NCBI GenBank assembly: GCA_964544085.1
Contig: CAZIZT010000027.1
Location: 33,676-97,675, forward strand
Origin: an uncultured Desulfurellales bacterium
GTDB lineage: Bacteria > Campylobacterota_A > Desulfurellia > Desulfurellales > Hippeaceae
Direction: 5' to 3'
DNA length: 64,000 bases
The notes under the pieces were generated by a model. The model was not told where the DNA came from, searched no databases, and was given only the letters and a program-made list of their open reading frames with translations. The translations under genes and the position numbers were made by a program. Each line of letters starts with the position of its first letter. The stretch's first letter is position 1. Shown here in pieces: positions 28,401-37,787 of this stretch.

Positions 28401-29119
28401 GTACATCAGAAAAGAGATTCCTGCTCATTCTTTTCTTTTCAATTGTTTTACATGCGGGCATACTGGTGGTTTTCAGTTTATCGTTTCAGAAGCCCGACGA
28501 GAATGAGAACAGGGTAGAGATCAATCTGAATAACTACCAGTTGCCCCGTGATACACCCATAGAACAGCCTGTGGAACCGGAGAAGATGACGCGATTAAAT
28601 TTTAACCAGATAGAGATACCTAAAGACAATGTTCAACCTGAAAAGATAAAACGTGTAAAGAGGATCCTGAAGGAGCGTGTGACCGATTACAGCGAATTGG
28701 CGAAATTGCCTGAAAATATCCCACAAAACTATCCCTTGCCGCAGCCGGTGGTGACACATAAGCCAGCAAAAAAGCCTCTACGACACCCTGCACCAGCAGT
28801 TGCTGGAAATCCGCATTTGCTTTCTATATACTTGCGAAGGGTTAGAGGTATCATCGAGTCTCACAAGATGTACCCTCTCTCTGCGAAAGAGAATGGGGTG
28901 GAAGGTAAGGTGCTTTTGGAGTTCACTCTGCTTAGGAACGGAAATATTGCATCGTTGAGAATACTTCGCTCATCTGGTTCGGATGCACTCGATAGGGCAG
29001 CTAAACGAGCTATACTTGATTCTGTTCCCTTTCCACCGTTTCCTGCCGGGGTAAAGCGCAAAAGGTTGCATGTGAAGCTTTACATAGTATTTAAACTCGA
29101 AGAAGAAGACGAATGGTGA
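28397..29119 (+). CDS. tonB: Energy transducer TonB
   Basis: 240 aa with an N-terminal anchor, a Pro-rich spacer (PQPVVTHKPAKKPLRHPAP) and a C-terminal TonB domain (YPLSAKENGVEGKVLLEFTL...). Confidence 0.85.
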   Translation: MSTSEKRFLLILFFSIVLHAGILVVFSLSFQKPDENENRVEINLNNYQLPRDTPIEQPVEPEKMTRLNFNQIEIPKDNVQPEKIKRVKRILKERVTDYSELAKLPENIPQNYPLPQPVVTHKPAKKPLRHPAPAVAGNPHLLSIYLRRVRGIIESHKMYPLSAKENGVEGKVLLEFTLLRNGNIASLRILRSSGSDALDRAAKRAILDSVPFPPFPAGVKRKRLHVKLYIVFKLEEEDEW

Positions 29120-30486
29120 AAAGGGTTTTCTCTTTCGTATTACTTGTGGTTATCCTAACTGCATGTGTTTCTACACACCAGAAGAATTTGAAAGTTCATC
29201 TGCAGAGCCGGTATGTTAATAAGACTGAGCCGGCTGGTGAGTTTGGGAGTAGCTGGTGGCGCTCGTTCAAAAGCGATGAACTCAATAGCCTCATACAAAG
29301 GGCTCTTGCATCCAACTACGACTTAGCCATCGCTCTAACGAAACTCAAAGAGGCTGTTCTTGGCTACAGGATGAGCAAGAAGCGGTTACTACCTGAAGTG
29401 AACACTACTTTCAGCTACTCTCGTACCAGAAGGAATCAAAGCGGCTTTAAGAGTACATCCAGGAGTGCATCCCTCGGGTTTGCCGCAAACTATGAGGTTG
29501 ATCTCTGGAGCAAGATTAGAAACGGTATCGACGTCTATAGACTTGAGAAGGAAAAGGCTTGTTACTATTACGATACAGCCATGATATCGCTTTTATCGAC
29601 ATTGACAGACAACTGGTTGGTGTGTGTCTCGGTAAACGAGAAGCTTCCAATACTGAAAAAGCGCATGAAAATATTGAGCAAGAAGGTAAAACTTTTGGGC
29701 TATGGTTACAAGGAGGGGACATACACCTTGAGCGAATATCTGTTGGCAAGGGATAATCTGGAAAGACTCAAAACCCAGCTTGCGCAGTTGAAGGCAGATT
29801 ACAGAACCGCACTCGGGCACATAAAGACAATACTCGGCTTAAAACAGAACGATGATTTGACTGTTAGAACCAGCAAATTGCCGAATATACTGGCTCCACT
29901 GGACATAGGTAAACCGTATATGCTGCTTGAGCGCAGACCCGATATACGCAAAGCTTACGCAAACCTTAAGGAAGCTTATCTGAACGTGAAGATAGCAAAA
30001 GCAGAAAGACTGCCGCAATTTTCACTTTCTGCTCAGCTTAGCTACTCAACCATAAAGGACAGCATAGTGGATCTTATTAACAATTGGTTTTACTCATTGG
30101 CAGCCCGCATTGCGTATGTTTTGGTAGATTTCAATAGAGCTAAGTTGAATGAGAAAATAAAGCAGGTTGCTACTAATGGTGCGATGCTTGAGTATAAGAA
30201 AACGGTTTTGAAAGCCGTCGAAGAGGTTGAGGATGCTTACATTCGTCTTCGGGTGGCAAGAAAGAATGTGAATTCACTAAAAAAGACAATTGCAAACGCA
30301 AAGATAAGACTCGGTTTAGCGAGGCAGCGATATCTATCAGGGCAATCGGATGTGATAGCGTATCTGTCTGCTCTGGATTCGCTACTGGCCTATCGGATGC
30401 AACTTGTGGACTTGCAGCAGGTCTATCTGACAGACCTGGTTAACCTCTACCAAGCCGCAGGGGGGATATATTGCAATGAAGAATAA
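29113..30486 (+). CDS. Efflux outer-membrane factor lipoprotein (NodT/TolC family)
   Basis: 457 aa with lipobox LTAC near the N-terminus and two OEP-type repeats. Overlaps tonB by 7 nt and the adaptor gene by 11 nt. Confidence 0.8.
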   Translation: MVKRVFSFVLLVVILTACVSTHQKNLKVHLQSRYVNKTEPAGEFGSSWWRSFKSDELNSLIQRALASNYDLAIALTKLKEAVLGYRMSKKRLLPEVNTTFSYSRTRRNQSGFKSTSRSASLGFAANYEVDLWSKIRNGIDVYRLEKEKACYYYDTAMISLLSTLTDNWLVCVSVNEKLPILKKRMKILSKKVKLLGYGYKEGTYTLSEYLLARDNLERLKTQLAQLKADYRTALGHIKTILGLKQNDDLTVRTSKLPNILAPLDIGKPYMLLERRPDIRKAYANLKEAYLNVKIAKAERLPQFSLSAQLSYSTIKDSIVDLINNWFYSLAARIAYVLVDFNRAKLNEKIKQVATNGAMLEYKKTVLKAVEEVEDAYIRLRVARKNVNSLKKTIANAKIRLGLARQRYLSGQSDVIAYLSALDSLLAYRMQLVDLQQVYLTDLVNLYQAAGGIYCNEE

Positions 30487-31630
30487 GATAGTTTCTGTAA
30501 TTTTGATTATCATGATTGTAGCAGCCGGTGTGTATGTAAGCGATTATTTGAAATCGCACAGGCGCAAGCCTCACAGGTGGAAACGCAGGGCAATGCCAGT
30601 TTATGTGGAAACAAAGAAAGCTGTGCGTGTAAATATCCGCTACAGAATAGAGGGCTTTGGCAATGTTGAAGCAATGAGAGATGTTACCCTTGTGCCTGAG
30701 GTATCGGGCAAGGTGATATGGGTGAATAGCAAGTTTTATCCGGGGGGATACTTCAAAAAGGGTGAGGTTATATTGAAAATTGACCCTACCGATTACAGGC
30801 TGGATCTGATAAAGAAAAAGGCTGCTCTTGAATCGTTACGGGAGGATTTAAAGATAGAGCAGGGCAAAAGAAGGGCAGCTTTTAAGGAGTATATGGCAGC
30901 AAAGGGCGTTATAAGAGGTGGTTTTGACAACAGCTCTTTGTATTTAATTCTAAGAGAGCCCTATTTAAAGAAGCTTCAGGATTCGATTAAGCGCGCAGAG
31001 GCAGATCTCAAACTGGCAGAGATCAGGCTTTCGAAAACGGTTGTAAAGGCGCCATTTGATTGTTATGTAGTTGCTCGGTATGTGAACCTTGGTTCGTACC
31101 TTTCTGCGGCAAGCCGAATTGCAGAGGTGGTATACTCGAACGCTTACTACATAAAAGCCTTCATACCTGTGGAAGAATTGAAGCAGCTGGGTAATTACCT
31201 GCACGATCCGGTGCGGGTCTATTTTTCAAAGAATGATGTATATTCTGCACATATCATCTCTATTTTGCCAGATGTTGACAAGAAAGGGTTGCTTGCGGGT
31301 TTGTTGCTTGTAGTAAAGGGTTTGGATGATCCTCTTTCTGGTTTAAAGCTGAACAATTATGCAAAGGTTGTGATAGAGGGTAAGAAGCTGGAGGATGTTA
31401 CGAGGATACCAGTAAGAGCCCTTAGAGAAAACTCACGCGTCTGGCTATACGTAAACGGTAGGCTAAAAATCAAGACGATCAGTGTGGTGTTCAGGGATAA
31501 GCATTTCGCTTACACATACGATGTTAAACCCGGTAGTGATGTGATAGTCTCTGAAATTGCTACCCCTGTTGAAAATATGAGACTTTACAAGGGCACAGAT
31601 GACAAGGATCATAAAGTTTTTTATAGATAA
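30476..31630 (+). CDS. Efflux RND periplasmic adaptor (HlyD/MFP family)
   Basis: 384 aa with an N-terminal TM helix, a coiled-coil hairpin and barrel-sandwich hybrid features. Lies between the OMF and RND genes. Confidence 0.8.
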   Translation: MKNKIVSVILIIMIVAAGVYVSDYLKSHRRKPHRWKRRAMPVYVETKKAVRVNIRYRIEGFGNVEAMRDVTLVPEVSGKVIWVNSKFYPGGYFKKGEVILKIDPTDYRLDLIKKKAALESLREDLKIEQGKRRAAFKEYMAAKGVIRGGFDNSSLYLILREPYLKKLQDSIKRAEADLKLAEIRLSKTVVKAPFDCYVVARYVNLGSYLSAASRIAEVVYSNAYYIKAFIPVEELKQLGNYLHDPVRVYFSKNDVYSAHIISILPDVDKKGLLAGLLLVVKGLDDPLSGLKLNNYAKVVIEGKKLEDVTRIPVRALRENSRVWLYVNGRLKIKTISVVFRDKHFAYTYDVKPGSDVIVSEIATPVENMRLYKGTDDKDHKVFYR

Positions 31631-34600
31631 TCCGGTTGCTGCAAACATATTGATGATATTCCTCCTGGTTGGTGGATTTTATTACTCCTACCATATAAAG
31701 CAGGAGGTCTTTCCCGAGTACACAATAGATGAGGTTGTAGTCCAGGTTTCATATCCTGGTGCCACACCCAAGGAGATAGAGAACGGTATTATTTTGCCAA
31801 TAGAAGAGGCTATAGATGGTCTTGAGGGCATCGACAAGGTTATTTCCACAGCCCGGGAAGGGGTGGGAACAGTTACCATCGAAGCGGTAAATGGAGCGGA
31901 TATAAACCAGCTTTACAACGATGTAAAGAATGCTGTTGACAGAATCACCACGTTTCCTGCCGATGCGGAGAAACCCACAATCTATATACCTACAAGAAAA
32001 AGAGCGGTGATAACAATGATCCTCTATGGGGATGTACCGTATTATCAGTTGATGGGGCTCGCCCAGCAGTACAAGGATAGATTGCTTAACTTCAAGAACA
32101 TAACCAACGTTGAGCTCTCAGGCAACAAGCCTTATCAGATAACCATTAGTGTTTCAGAGAACGCGCTGAAAAAGTATTCCCTGACTTTCTCGGACATTGC
32201 GAGGAAAATACGCGATTTTGATACTGAGCTCGGTGGGGGCAGGATACGAACAAGGGGCGGTGATATTCTAATAAAAACAGGTACACGAAAGGAATATGGC
32301 AGTCAGCTTGCAAATATACCAATCATAACCACATCCGGTGGCGGCGTTGTAAAACTGAAAGATATTGCGAAGATAGACGACGGCTTTGAGGATACGGACA
32401 CCTATCTGAAATACAATGGTAAAAGAGCTATTGGCATAACTGTATACAGGGTTGGTGACCAGAAACCTGTTGAGATAGCCGATACGGTTAAGGCATTTAT
32501 TGCCAGGATACGGGATGAATTACCCCCCGGAATCGGTGTCGATTATGTTAGTGACTACTCGCGCATATTCAAACAGCGTAAGGAATTGTTGCTGAAAAAC
32601 GCCAAATTTGGTCTTGTGCTCGTACTTATACTGCTTGCGCTCTTTCTTGAACTTAGGCTTGCATTTTGGGTTATGCTCGGTATACCCGTATCGTTCCTTG
32701 GTTCAATGCTGATATTCCCAATGTTTGGTGTCACAATAAACATGATCTCTATGTTTGCTTTCATTATTTGTCTCGGTATTGTTGTGGATGATGCGATAGT
32801 GGTGGGAGAGAACATCTACTCCTATAGGGAGAAGGGTCTGAGTTTCAAAGAGGCTGCACTGGTGGGCACAAGAGAGGTTTTTGTGCCTGTGGTTTTTAGC
32901 GTTTTGACGAATATGGTGGCGTTTCTCCCGATGTATTTTGTGCCAGGTACGGCAGGAAAGATATTCAGGATAATACCGGTTATTGTCTGTTCTGTTTTTA
33001 CTATATCACTCCTTGAGAGTCTGTTTATTTTGCCTTCTCATATTGCACATCAGAGGGAAAACCCGATCCTGCCGATTAGGGCAATAAACAGGGTTCAGGG
33101 AAAGATTAGCAAGATTATTCACAGGTTAATAAATCTGCTATATACGCCGGTTTTGAAGCTTGCCTTGAGGTTTAGGTATGTGGTTTTCGTGCTTGCAGCT
33201 GTAATACTGTATCTTGCTTTTGTATTTGTTGAGACAGGCAAAATAGGTATTGTCTACTTCCCACGCATTGAGAGGAGTCATGCTACGGTTAGATTCCAGC
33301 TGCCACCGGAGAGCTCTGTATATGACACATTGAAGATAGCCGATATGCTTGTCCAGAGAGCAAAACGTATAATCAAGGAACATGGTGGTAGTAAGCTTGC
33401 ACAGGGTATATTGACGCGTATAGACGGCAATTCAGGTGACATAAGGGTTTATCTGACACCACCGGGTGTTAGGCCTATAAGCACATCCCAATTCACCAGA
33501 CTGTGGCGCAGGGCGTCCAGGGGTATACCGGGTTTGGAGAAAATACGCTTCTCAGCGGATTTTGGTGGACCGGGAGCTGGTGCTTCTCTGACAATAGAGC
33601 TCTCTCATCGGAATACCGCTGTACTTACGCAGGCATGCAAGCAGCTTGCGAATTACCTTAAGACCTTCAAGAACGTATCCGACATAGATGATGGCACTTC
33701 GGCTGGCAAGTACCAGTTTACGCTTACATTGAACAGTCTCGGCAGGGCGCTTGGACTTGATCCTTCCTATATTGCCACTCAACTGCGCGGCGCTTATTAT
33801 GGCATAGAGGCTAAGAAGTTTATCCGTCAAGGCAACGAGGTAAAGATAAAGGTAACACTTCCAGAGCAGCAGAGAAGCCTTGTTTATTATTTCGATCATT
33901 TCATGCTCACGCTTCCAGATGGTACCAGGATACCTCTTAAAGAGGTGGTTAACGTAGAAAAGGGTAGATCCTACGTAACGATAACGCGCGAGGATTTCAG
34001 ACGGGTTATGTACGTGACAGCCAACGTGACACCCGAGAGGGACACAAGGAAGATTGTGGAAAACCTGATGAGGGACTTTCTTCCAAAATTAAAGCAACAC
34101 TATCCTGGGCTCAGCTACTCCTTCGGTGGAAGACAGTCGAGGCTGAAAGAAAGCATGAGTGTTCTTACAAAAGGCTTGCTTGTATCGGTTCTTGTTATAT
34201 TTACAATGCTTGCCATACCATTTAAAAGCTATATCCAGCCTATCATTATTATGACAGCTATACCATTTGGCATAATTGGAGCTATAATAGGTCACGTTAT
34301 CATGGGTTACGATATAAGCATCGTTAGTATGTTTGGAATTGTAGCACTGTGTGGTGTTGTAATCAACGATTCTCTTGTTTTGATAGACTTTGCTAATAGA
34401 ATAAGGCGAACACTCAACAAGAGTCACTACGAGGCTGTGTTTGAAGCAGGAATAAAGCGCTTCAGGCCTATAATTCTCACGACACTGACCACCTTCTTCG
34501 GGCTTATGCCCATGATTTTTGAACCATCAACTCAAGCTCGATTTCTTGTGCCTATGGCTATATCGCTGGGTTTCGGTATCCTGTTTTCGACCTTTATTAT

Positions 34601-34673
34601 TCTGATACTGGTGCCTGGTTTGTATCTCATAGTTGAGGATATCGCGAACCTGTTTGGGTTCACGACAAAATAA
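31599..34673 (+). CDS. RND efflux transporter permease
   Basis: 1024 aa RND architecture with the TM4 motif GIVVDDAIVVGENI. Overlaps the adaptor gene by 32 nt. Confidence 0.9.
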   Translation: MTRIIKFFIDNPVAANILMIFLLVGGFYYSYHIKQEVFPEYTIDEVVVQVSYPGATPKEIENGIILPIEEAIDGLEGIDKVISTAREGVGTVTIEAVNGADINQLYNDVKNAVDRITTFPADAEKPTIYIPTRKRAVITMILYGDVPYYQLMGLAQQYKDRLLNFKNITNVELSGNKPYQITISVSENALKKYSLTFSDIARKIRDFDTELGGGRIRTRGGDILIKTGTRKEYGSQLANIPIITTSGGGVVKLKDIAKIDDGFEDTDTYLKYNGKRAIGITVYRVGDQKPVEIADTVKAFIARIRDELPPGIGVDYVSDYSRIFKQRKELLLKNAKFGLVLVLILLALFLELRLAFWVMLGIPVSFLGSMLIFPMFGVTINMISMFAFIICLGIVVDDAIVVGENIYSYREKGLSFKEAALVGTREVFVPVVFSVLTNMVAFLPMYFVPGTAGKIFRIIPVIVCSVFTISLLESLFILPSHIAHQRENPILPIRAINRVQGKISKIIHRLINLLYTPVLKLALRFRYVVFVLAAVILYLAFVFVETGKIGIVYFPRIERSHATVRFQLPPESSVYDTLKIADMLVQRAKRIIKEHGGSKLAQGILTRIDGNSGDIRVYLTPPGVRPISTSQFTRLWRRASRGIPGLEKIRFSADFGGPGAGASLTIELSHRNTAVLTQACKQLANYLKTFKNVSDIDDGTSAGKYQFTLTLNSLGRALGLDPSYIATQLRGAYYGIEAKKFIRQGNEVKIKVTLPEQQRSLVYYFDHFMLTLPDGTRIPLKEVVNVEKGRSYVTITREDFRRVMYVTANVTPERDTRKIVENLMRDFLPKLKQHYPGLSYSFGGRQSRLKESMSVLTKGLLVSVLVIFTMLAIPFKSYIQPIIIMTAIPFGIIGAIIGHVIMGYDISIVSMFGIVALCGVVINDSLVLIDFANRIRRTLNKSHYEAVFEAGIKRFRPIILTTLTTFFGLMPMIFEPSTQARFLVPMAISLGFGILFSTFIILILVPGLYLIVEDIANLFGFTTK

Positions 34674-34678
34674 TCCCC

Positions 34679-35995
34679 TTAGTTTGTTCTTTTATCAATA
34701 AGACGTTTTACCTTGCCACTTACCGGGCTTCTTGCCAGAGTTCCAGTGGGTACAAACTCAACGGCGAATGTGCTGAAATACTTTTCCTTTACGGCGAGGT
34801 TTACCATATCCACATGCTGCTTCACTGATTCTAATATTTCTTCTTCAAGCGCTTTGCTTTTTGGAGGATTCGACGACTCAATGCGTAAAATGAAATTCAT
34901 CCTTCCATCATCCGCAAGGGAGAGCACAAGCTGGTATGTTGGTGTTACGCCTTCCTTTCCGAAGTATGGCGAAATAGCAGCTTCAACGTCTTCCATGGAG
35001 ACATAAGCACCTCCGATTTTGAAGTCATCGCCAGCTCTGCCTTTCAGCACAAGCAGGGGGTTTTCGTCACCACACGAACAGCGCTTCTGTTTTATGTAGC
35101 CAACATCGCCAAGACGGTATCTGATCATGGGCATGGAGAATCTGTGAAGATTTGTGACCACTATCTCGCCTTCCTCACCCGGCTCACAGGGTCTATTTTC
35201 CTCAAAATTGTAGATCTCCACCAGCTGAAAGTCTGTCGGTATGTGATACTCGTTGATTCCGCATGAGTTGCACTGGTAGCCTATGATACCGCAATCTGCG
35301 CTGGTGTAGCTGGCAGACCTGATACTGGCGTTAACAAAAACGCTTTTTATGTACTCCTCTGTATTTTGTGGCAGCGGCTCGGAGGTGAACTGAAGCAGTC
35401 TAAAACTCTCAAGTGTTATCTTACGTTTTTTGCACTCCTCAGTTAGTATGGTTATCACCGTTGGCAAGGTAAGCAGCACCGTCGGTTTGAACAGCTCAAA
35501 GTACTCAAGGACCCTATCCATGTGCTCCTTCGGTATGGCACCTATGGGCAAACAGACGGCGCCGGTCCTTTTTATGACCTCGTAGCCACCTATGAAGGAT
35601 GGCCACAGATAACCAGAAACGAACATATTGGCTACAATGTCCCTTTTGCCAACACCCAACAGCTTCATTGCTTTTGACTGGTACTCTGCAAATAGATCCC
35701 ATTCGTTGTAGGTCAAGACGCTGTATCTGGCTATGCCGCTTGAACCACCGGTTGAAACGACAATCATGCTTTCGATTGGCACCGTTAGCATCTTTTTCGA
35801 TTTCGGATACGAGTTTTCATAGACTTCACCGCGGGTTAAAAATGGGATTTTCAGCCAGTCCGAATAGCTTTCCACATCTTCTATATTCTCAAATTTCTCC
35901 TTGTAAAAGGCAGACTTCGTTTTAGCGTGCTGGAATACCTTTGCGGCGAGTTTTAATTGCTCTTCCAGTGAGATTCTATTGAATAGCGTCTCCAT
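34679..35995 (-). CDS. PaaK / coenzyme-F390-synthetase-like adenylate-forming ligase (paralogue of the C-terminal half of 40433..43135)
   Basis: 438 aa with a P-loop-like STGGSSGIARY. It shares the blocks GYQC, VVTNL...RYRLGD, CSCG and LKGRAGDD with the fused ligase domain. Confidence 0.7.
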   Translation of the reverse strand: METLFNRISLEEQLKLAAKVFQHAKTKSAFYKEKFENIEDVESYSDWLKIPFLTRGEVYENSYPKSKKMLTVPIESMIVVSTGGSSGIARYSVLTYNEWDLFAEYQSKAMKLLGVGKRDIVANMFVSGYLWPSFIGGYEVIKRTGAVCLPIGAIPKEHMDRVLEYFELFKPTVLLTLPTVITILTEECKKRKITLESFRLLQFTSEPLPQNTEEYIKSVFVNASIRSASYTSADCGIIGYQCNSCGINEYHIPTDFQLVEIYNFEENRPCEPGEEGEIVVTNLHRFSMPMIRYRLGDVGYIKQKRCSCGDENPLLVLKGRAGDDFKIGGAYVSMEDVEAAISPYFGKEGVTPTYQLVLSLADDGRMNFILRIESSNPPKSKALEEEILESVKQHVDMVNLAVKEKYFSTFAVEFVPTGTLARSPVSGKVKRLIDKRTN

Positions 35996-35998
35996 GCA

Positions 35999-37351
35999 TC
36001 ACTCCTTTATGTACTTATGCTTTATGGAGGCTTTTGTTTTATCTATCTTTTCGAGTTTTACATCTATCAGATCCATGCCGGTTGCCCGTGTTAGGTTGTC
36101 GTATTTTGCAACAAACTCCTTTGAGAACTGCTTTAGAAACTGCACAAGTCTCTGTTTGCATAGCTCTTTTTTGTCAGACACATCATCAAACGTGTAGATG
36201 GTAAATATGAACCTGTCGATTCCCTCAATGCTTTCCTTTTTCACGTCAAACAGACCGGTGTAGGAGATTTCCTTTTCCATAGAGTACAGGAAGTTGCCTA
36301 TATCCTGAATCATCAGGTTTGTGCCATAGAAAATAACGCTATTCTCTGGCCTACCGTGTATGTAGAACATATCATTCGGCAGTTTCTCATAGAGTTCCTT
36401 ATCAATCTTCCCTTCCAGCTGGGCTTTTTTCAAAAGACCACCTCTGTCTTTGGTGTTGTATCTCACAAGCGGTATTAACTGATCCTTTGTTACGACTATC
36501 TGGCCATCTATGACATCTATGTGTGCAGTACCAAGATCCCTCATAATCATAGGCGTGTCATCTGTGCCGAACAGTTCCTTTGAGAGCGCCTTGTTTTCAA
36601 ATTCAAGGTATTTGCGAAGGGCGATTGTCTCTCTTGTCTCCATGGCTATACCACCCGTATCGGCTGAACCGTATCCGGTCCATAGTACAGCTTCCTCGTT
36701 TTCGTTATGTCCAAAGCGTCTTGCCATATCTCTTCTGTAGTTTTCGCTGAAATACTCTCCGATTACGCCGAAATAGACCCTGCCATTAAGGAGTTCGGGC
36801 TCATCTTTGAGCAGCGAATAGATTATGCTCACGTTGGAGGCGTTCGTTATAAAAAGAATCTGATCGTACAGATGCTTGAACCTTTTAGCAACATTAGCAG
36901 CTTCCTCCAGATCAAGACCTGGAAAGGCTGAGGTCAATGGGTAGGGTGTCCTTGAAGCGAGGCTTCTCATGTAGCAGGCTACCTGCATGCCTCCGAACCA
37001 CATACCAAACGCTGTGGCAACAAGTATCAACGTTTTGCGCCTGTCGATAGCGTATAGCTCCTTGAAGTTCTTTTCAAAGAGTTTGAGTTCAGCATCCTCG
37101 TTTTCTGGACCTTTCAGCCAGTAGACACTTCCGGTTTTCGAAAAGCCGCTTGAAGCACCGATTAAAGCACACCTGTCTATATCGCCCCTTCTTACAACCT
37201 TCTCTATCGGGTATTGGAGCAGGTAGTTATCCTTTGTGGTGATCGGTATCTTTTCCCACTCTTTTACCTTTTCAGCGCCGTGTTTTTTCAGAAAATCTGC
37301 ATAAGCCTCGACGTTCTTTTTCACATCCTCAAATAGAGCCATCCTATCCAT
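35999..37351 (-). CDS. Divergent PaaK-like adenylate-forming enzyme family protein
   Basis: 450 aa. N-terminal layout resembles PaaK-type ligases (IPITTKDNYL, GASSGFSKTGS, later LVRYNTKDRG). AAGGAG RBS. The next ligase gene follows after 3 nt. Confidence 0.5.
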   Translation of the reverse strand: MDRMALFEDVKKNVEAYADFLKKHGAEKVKEWEKIPITTKDNYLLQYPIEKVVRRGDIDRCALIGASSGFSKTGSVYWLKGPENEDAELKLFEKNFKELYAIDRRKTLILVATAFGMWFGGMQVACYMRSLASRTPYPLTSAFPGLDLEEAANVAKRFKHLYDQILFITNASNVSIIYSLLKDEPELLNGRVYFGVIGEYFSENYRRDMARRFGHNENEEAVLWTGYGSADTGGIAMETRETIALRKYLEFENKALSKELFGTDDTPMIMRDLGTAHIDVIDGQIVVTKDQLIPLVRYNTKDRGGLLKKAQLEGKIDKELYEKLPNDMFYIHGRPENSVIFYGTNLMIQDIGNFLYSMEKEISYTGLFDVKKESIEGIDRFIFTIYTFDDVSDKKELCKQRLVQFLKQFSKEFVAKYDNLTRATGMDLIDVKLEKIDKTKASIKHKYIKE

Positions 37352-37519
37352 TTTTGTTCTCCTTACAGGTTTTTCGTTGTTTTTTATCTGTCAGTCCGCA
37401 GTGCAACCCACCAACTCCTTTGCCGGGCTTCATATCACCCATTCCGCTTTGTCTGTATCAACCTCTGATGCAGTGCGGCGGCTTTTGTCTGCTTCTTTCT
37501 TTGTTGAGCTTGGAGTTTT

Positions 37520-37552
37520 AAGACCGCTTGTGTCGGTCTTTTTTGATTTTTT
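37520..37552 (+). terminator. Intrinsic-terminator-like hairpin plus T-tract, oriented on the plus strand inside a minus-strand cluster
   Basis: AAGACCG-cttgtgt-CGGTCTT followed by TTTTGATTTTTT. On the minus strand the hairpin is followed by AAAACTCC, so it does not terminate transcription in that direction. Confidence 0.35.
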
Positions 37553-37694
37553 CTGGTTATCGAGCAAACGTTCAACGCTTTTAACCCCTTTGGCGTCATA
37601 ATCCAAACAAAGGGTACGTGAGTAACATCATTACAGCATTACAGGTTTATTGATAAACCTTTGTGTACATTATTGGAACGTGCGACTTATCGAT

Positions 37695-37723
37695 AATGTA
37701 TATTGCACAGGAACCTCTGTCAA
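37695..37723 (-). promoter_or_regulatory. Candidate sigma-70 promoter for the two distal PaaK-like genes
   Basis: Minus strand reads TTGACA, a 17-nt spacer, then TACATT. It would give a leader of about 335 nt before ATG 37351. Confidence 0.35.
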
Positions 37724-37787
37724 CACCAATTTGCGTATCATCGGCTAACAACAGATTATAGTCGCAATAGAACAGCCGTTGAGCCAC

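Noticed and set aside
34671-34681. Convergent stop codons of the RND pump (34673) and the last PaaK-like gene (34679), only 5 nt apart with no terminator hairpin. A similar zero-gap convergence occurs at 60753/60754, and overlapping convergent stops at 14359/14365.
   Set aside because: This is compact genome organisation. I could not identify any structure or element in these junctions, so I note them as an observation only.
37377-37601. 74-aa plus-strand ORF in the intra-cluster spacer.
   Set aside because: It has no RBS, the translation is hydrophobic and low-complexity, and the plus-strand terminator-like hairpin lies inside it, not after it.
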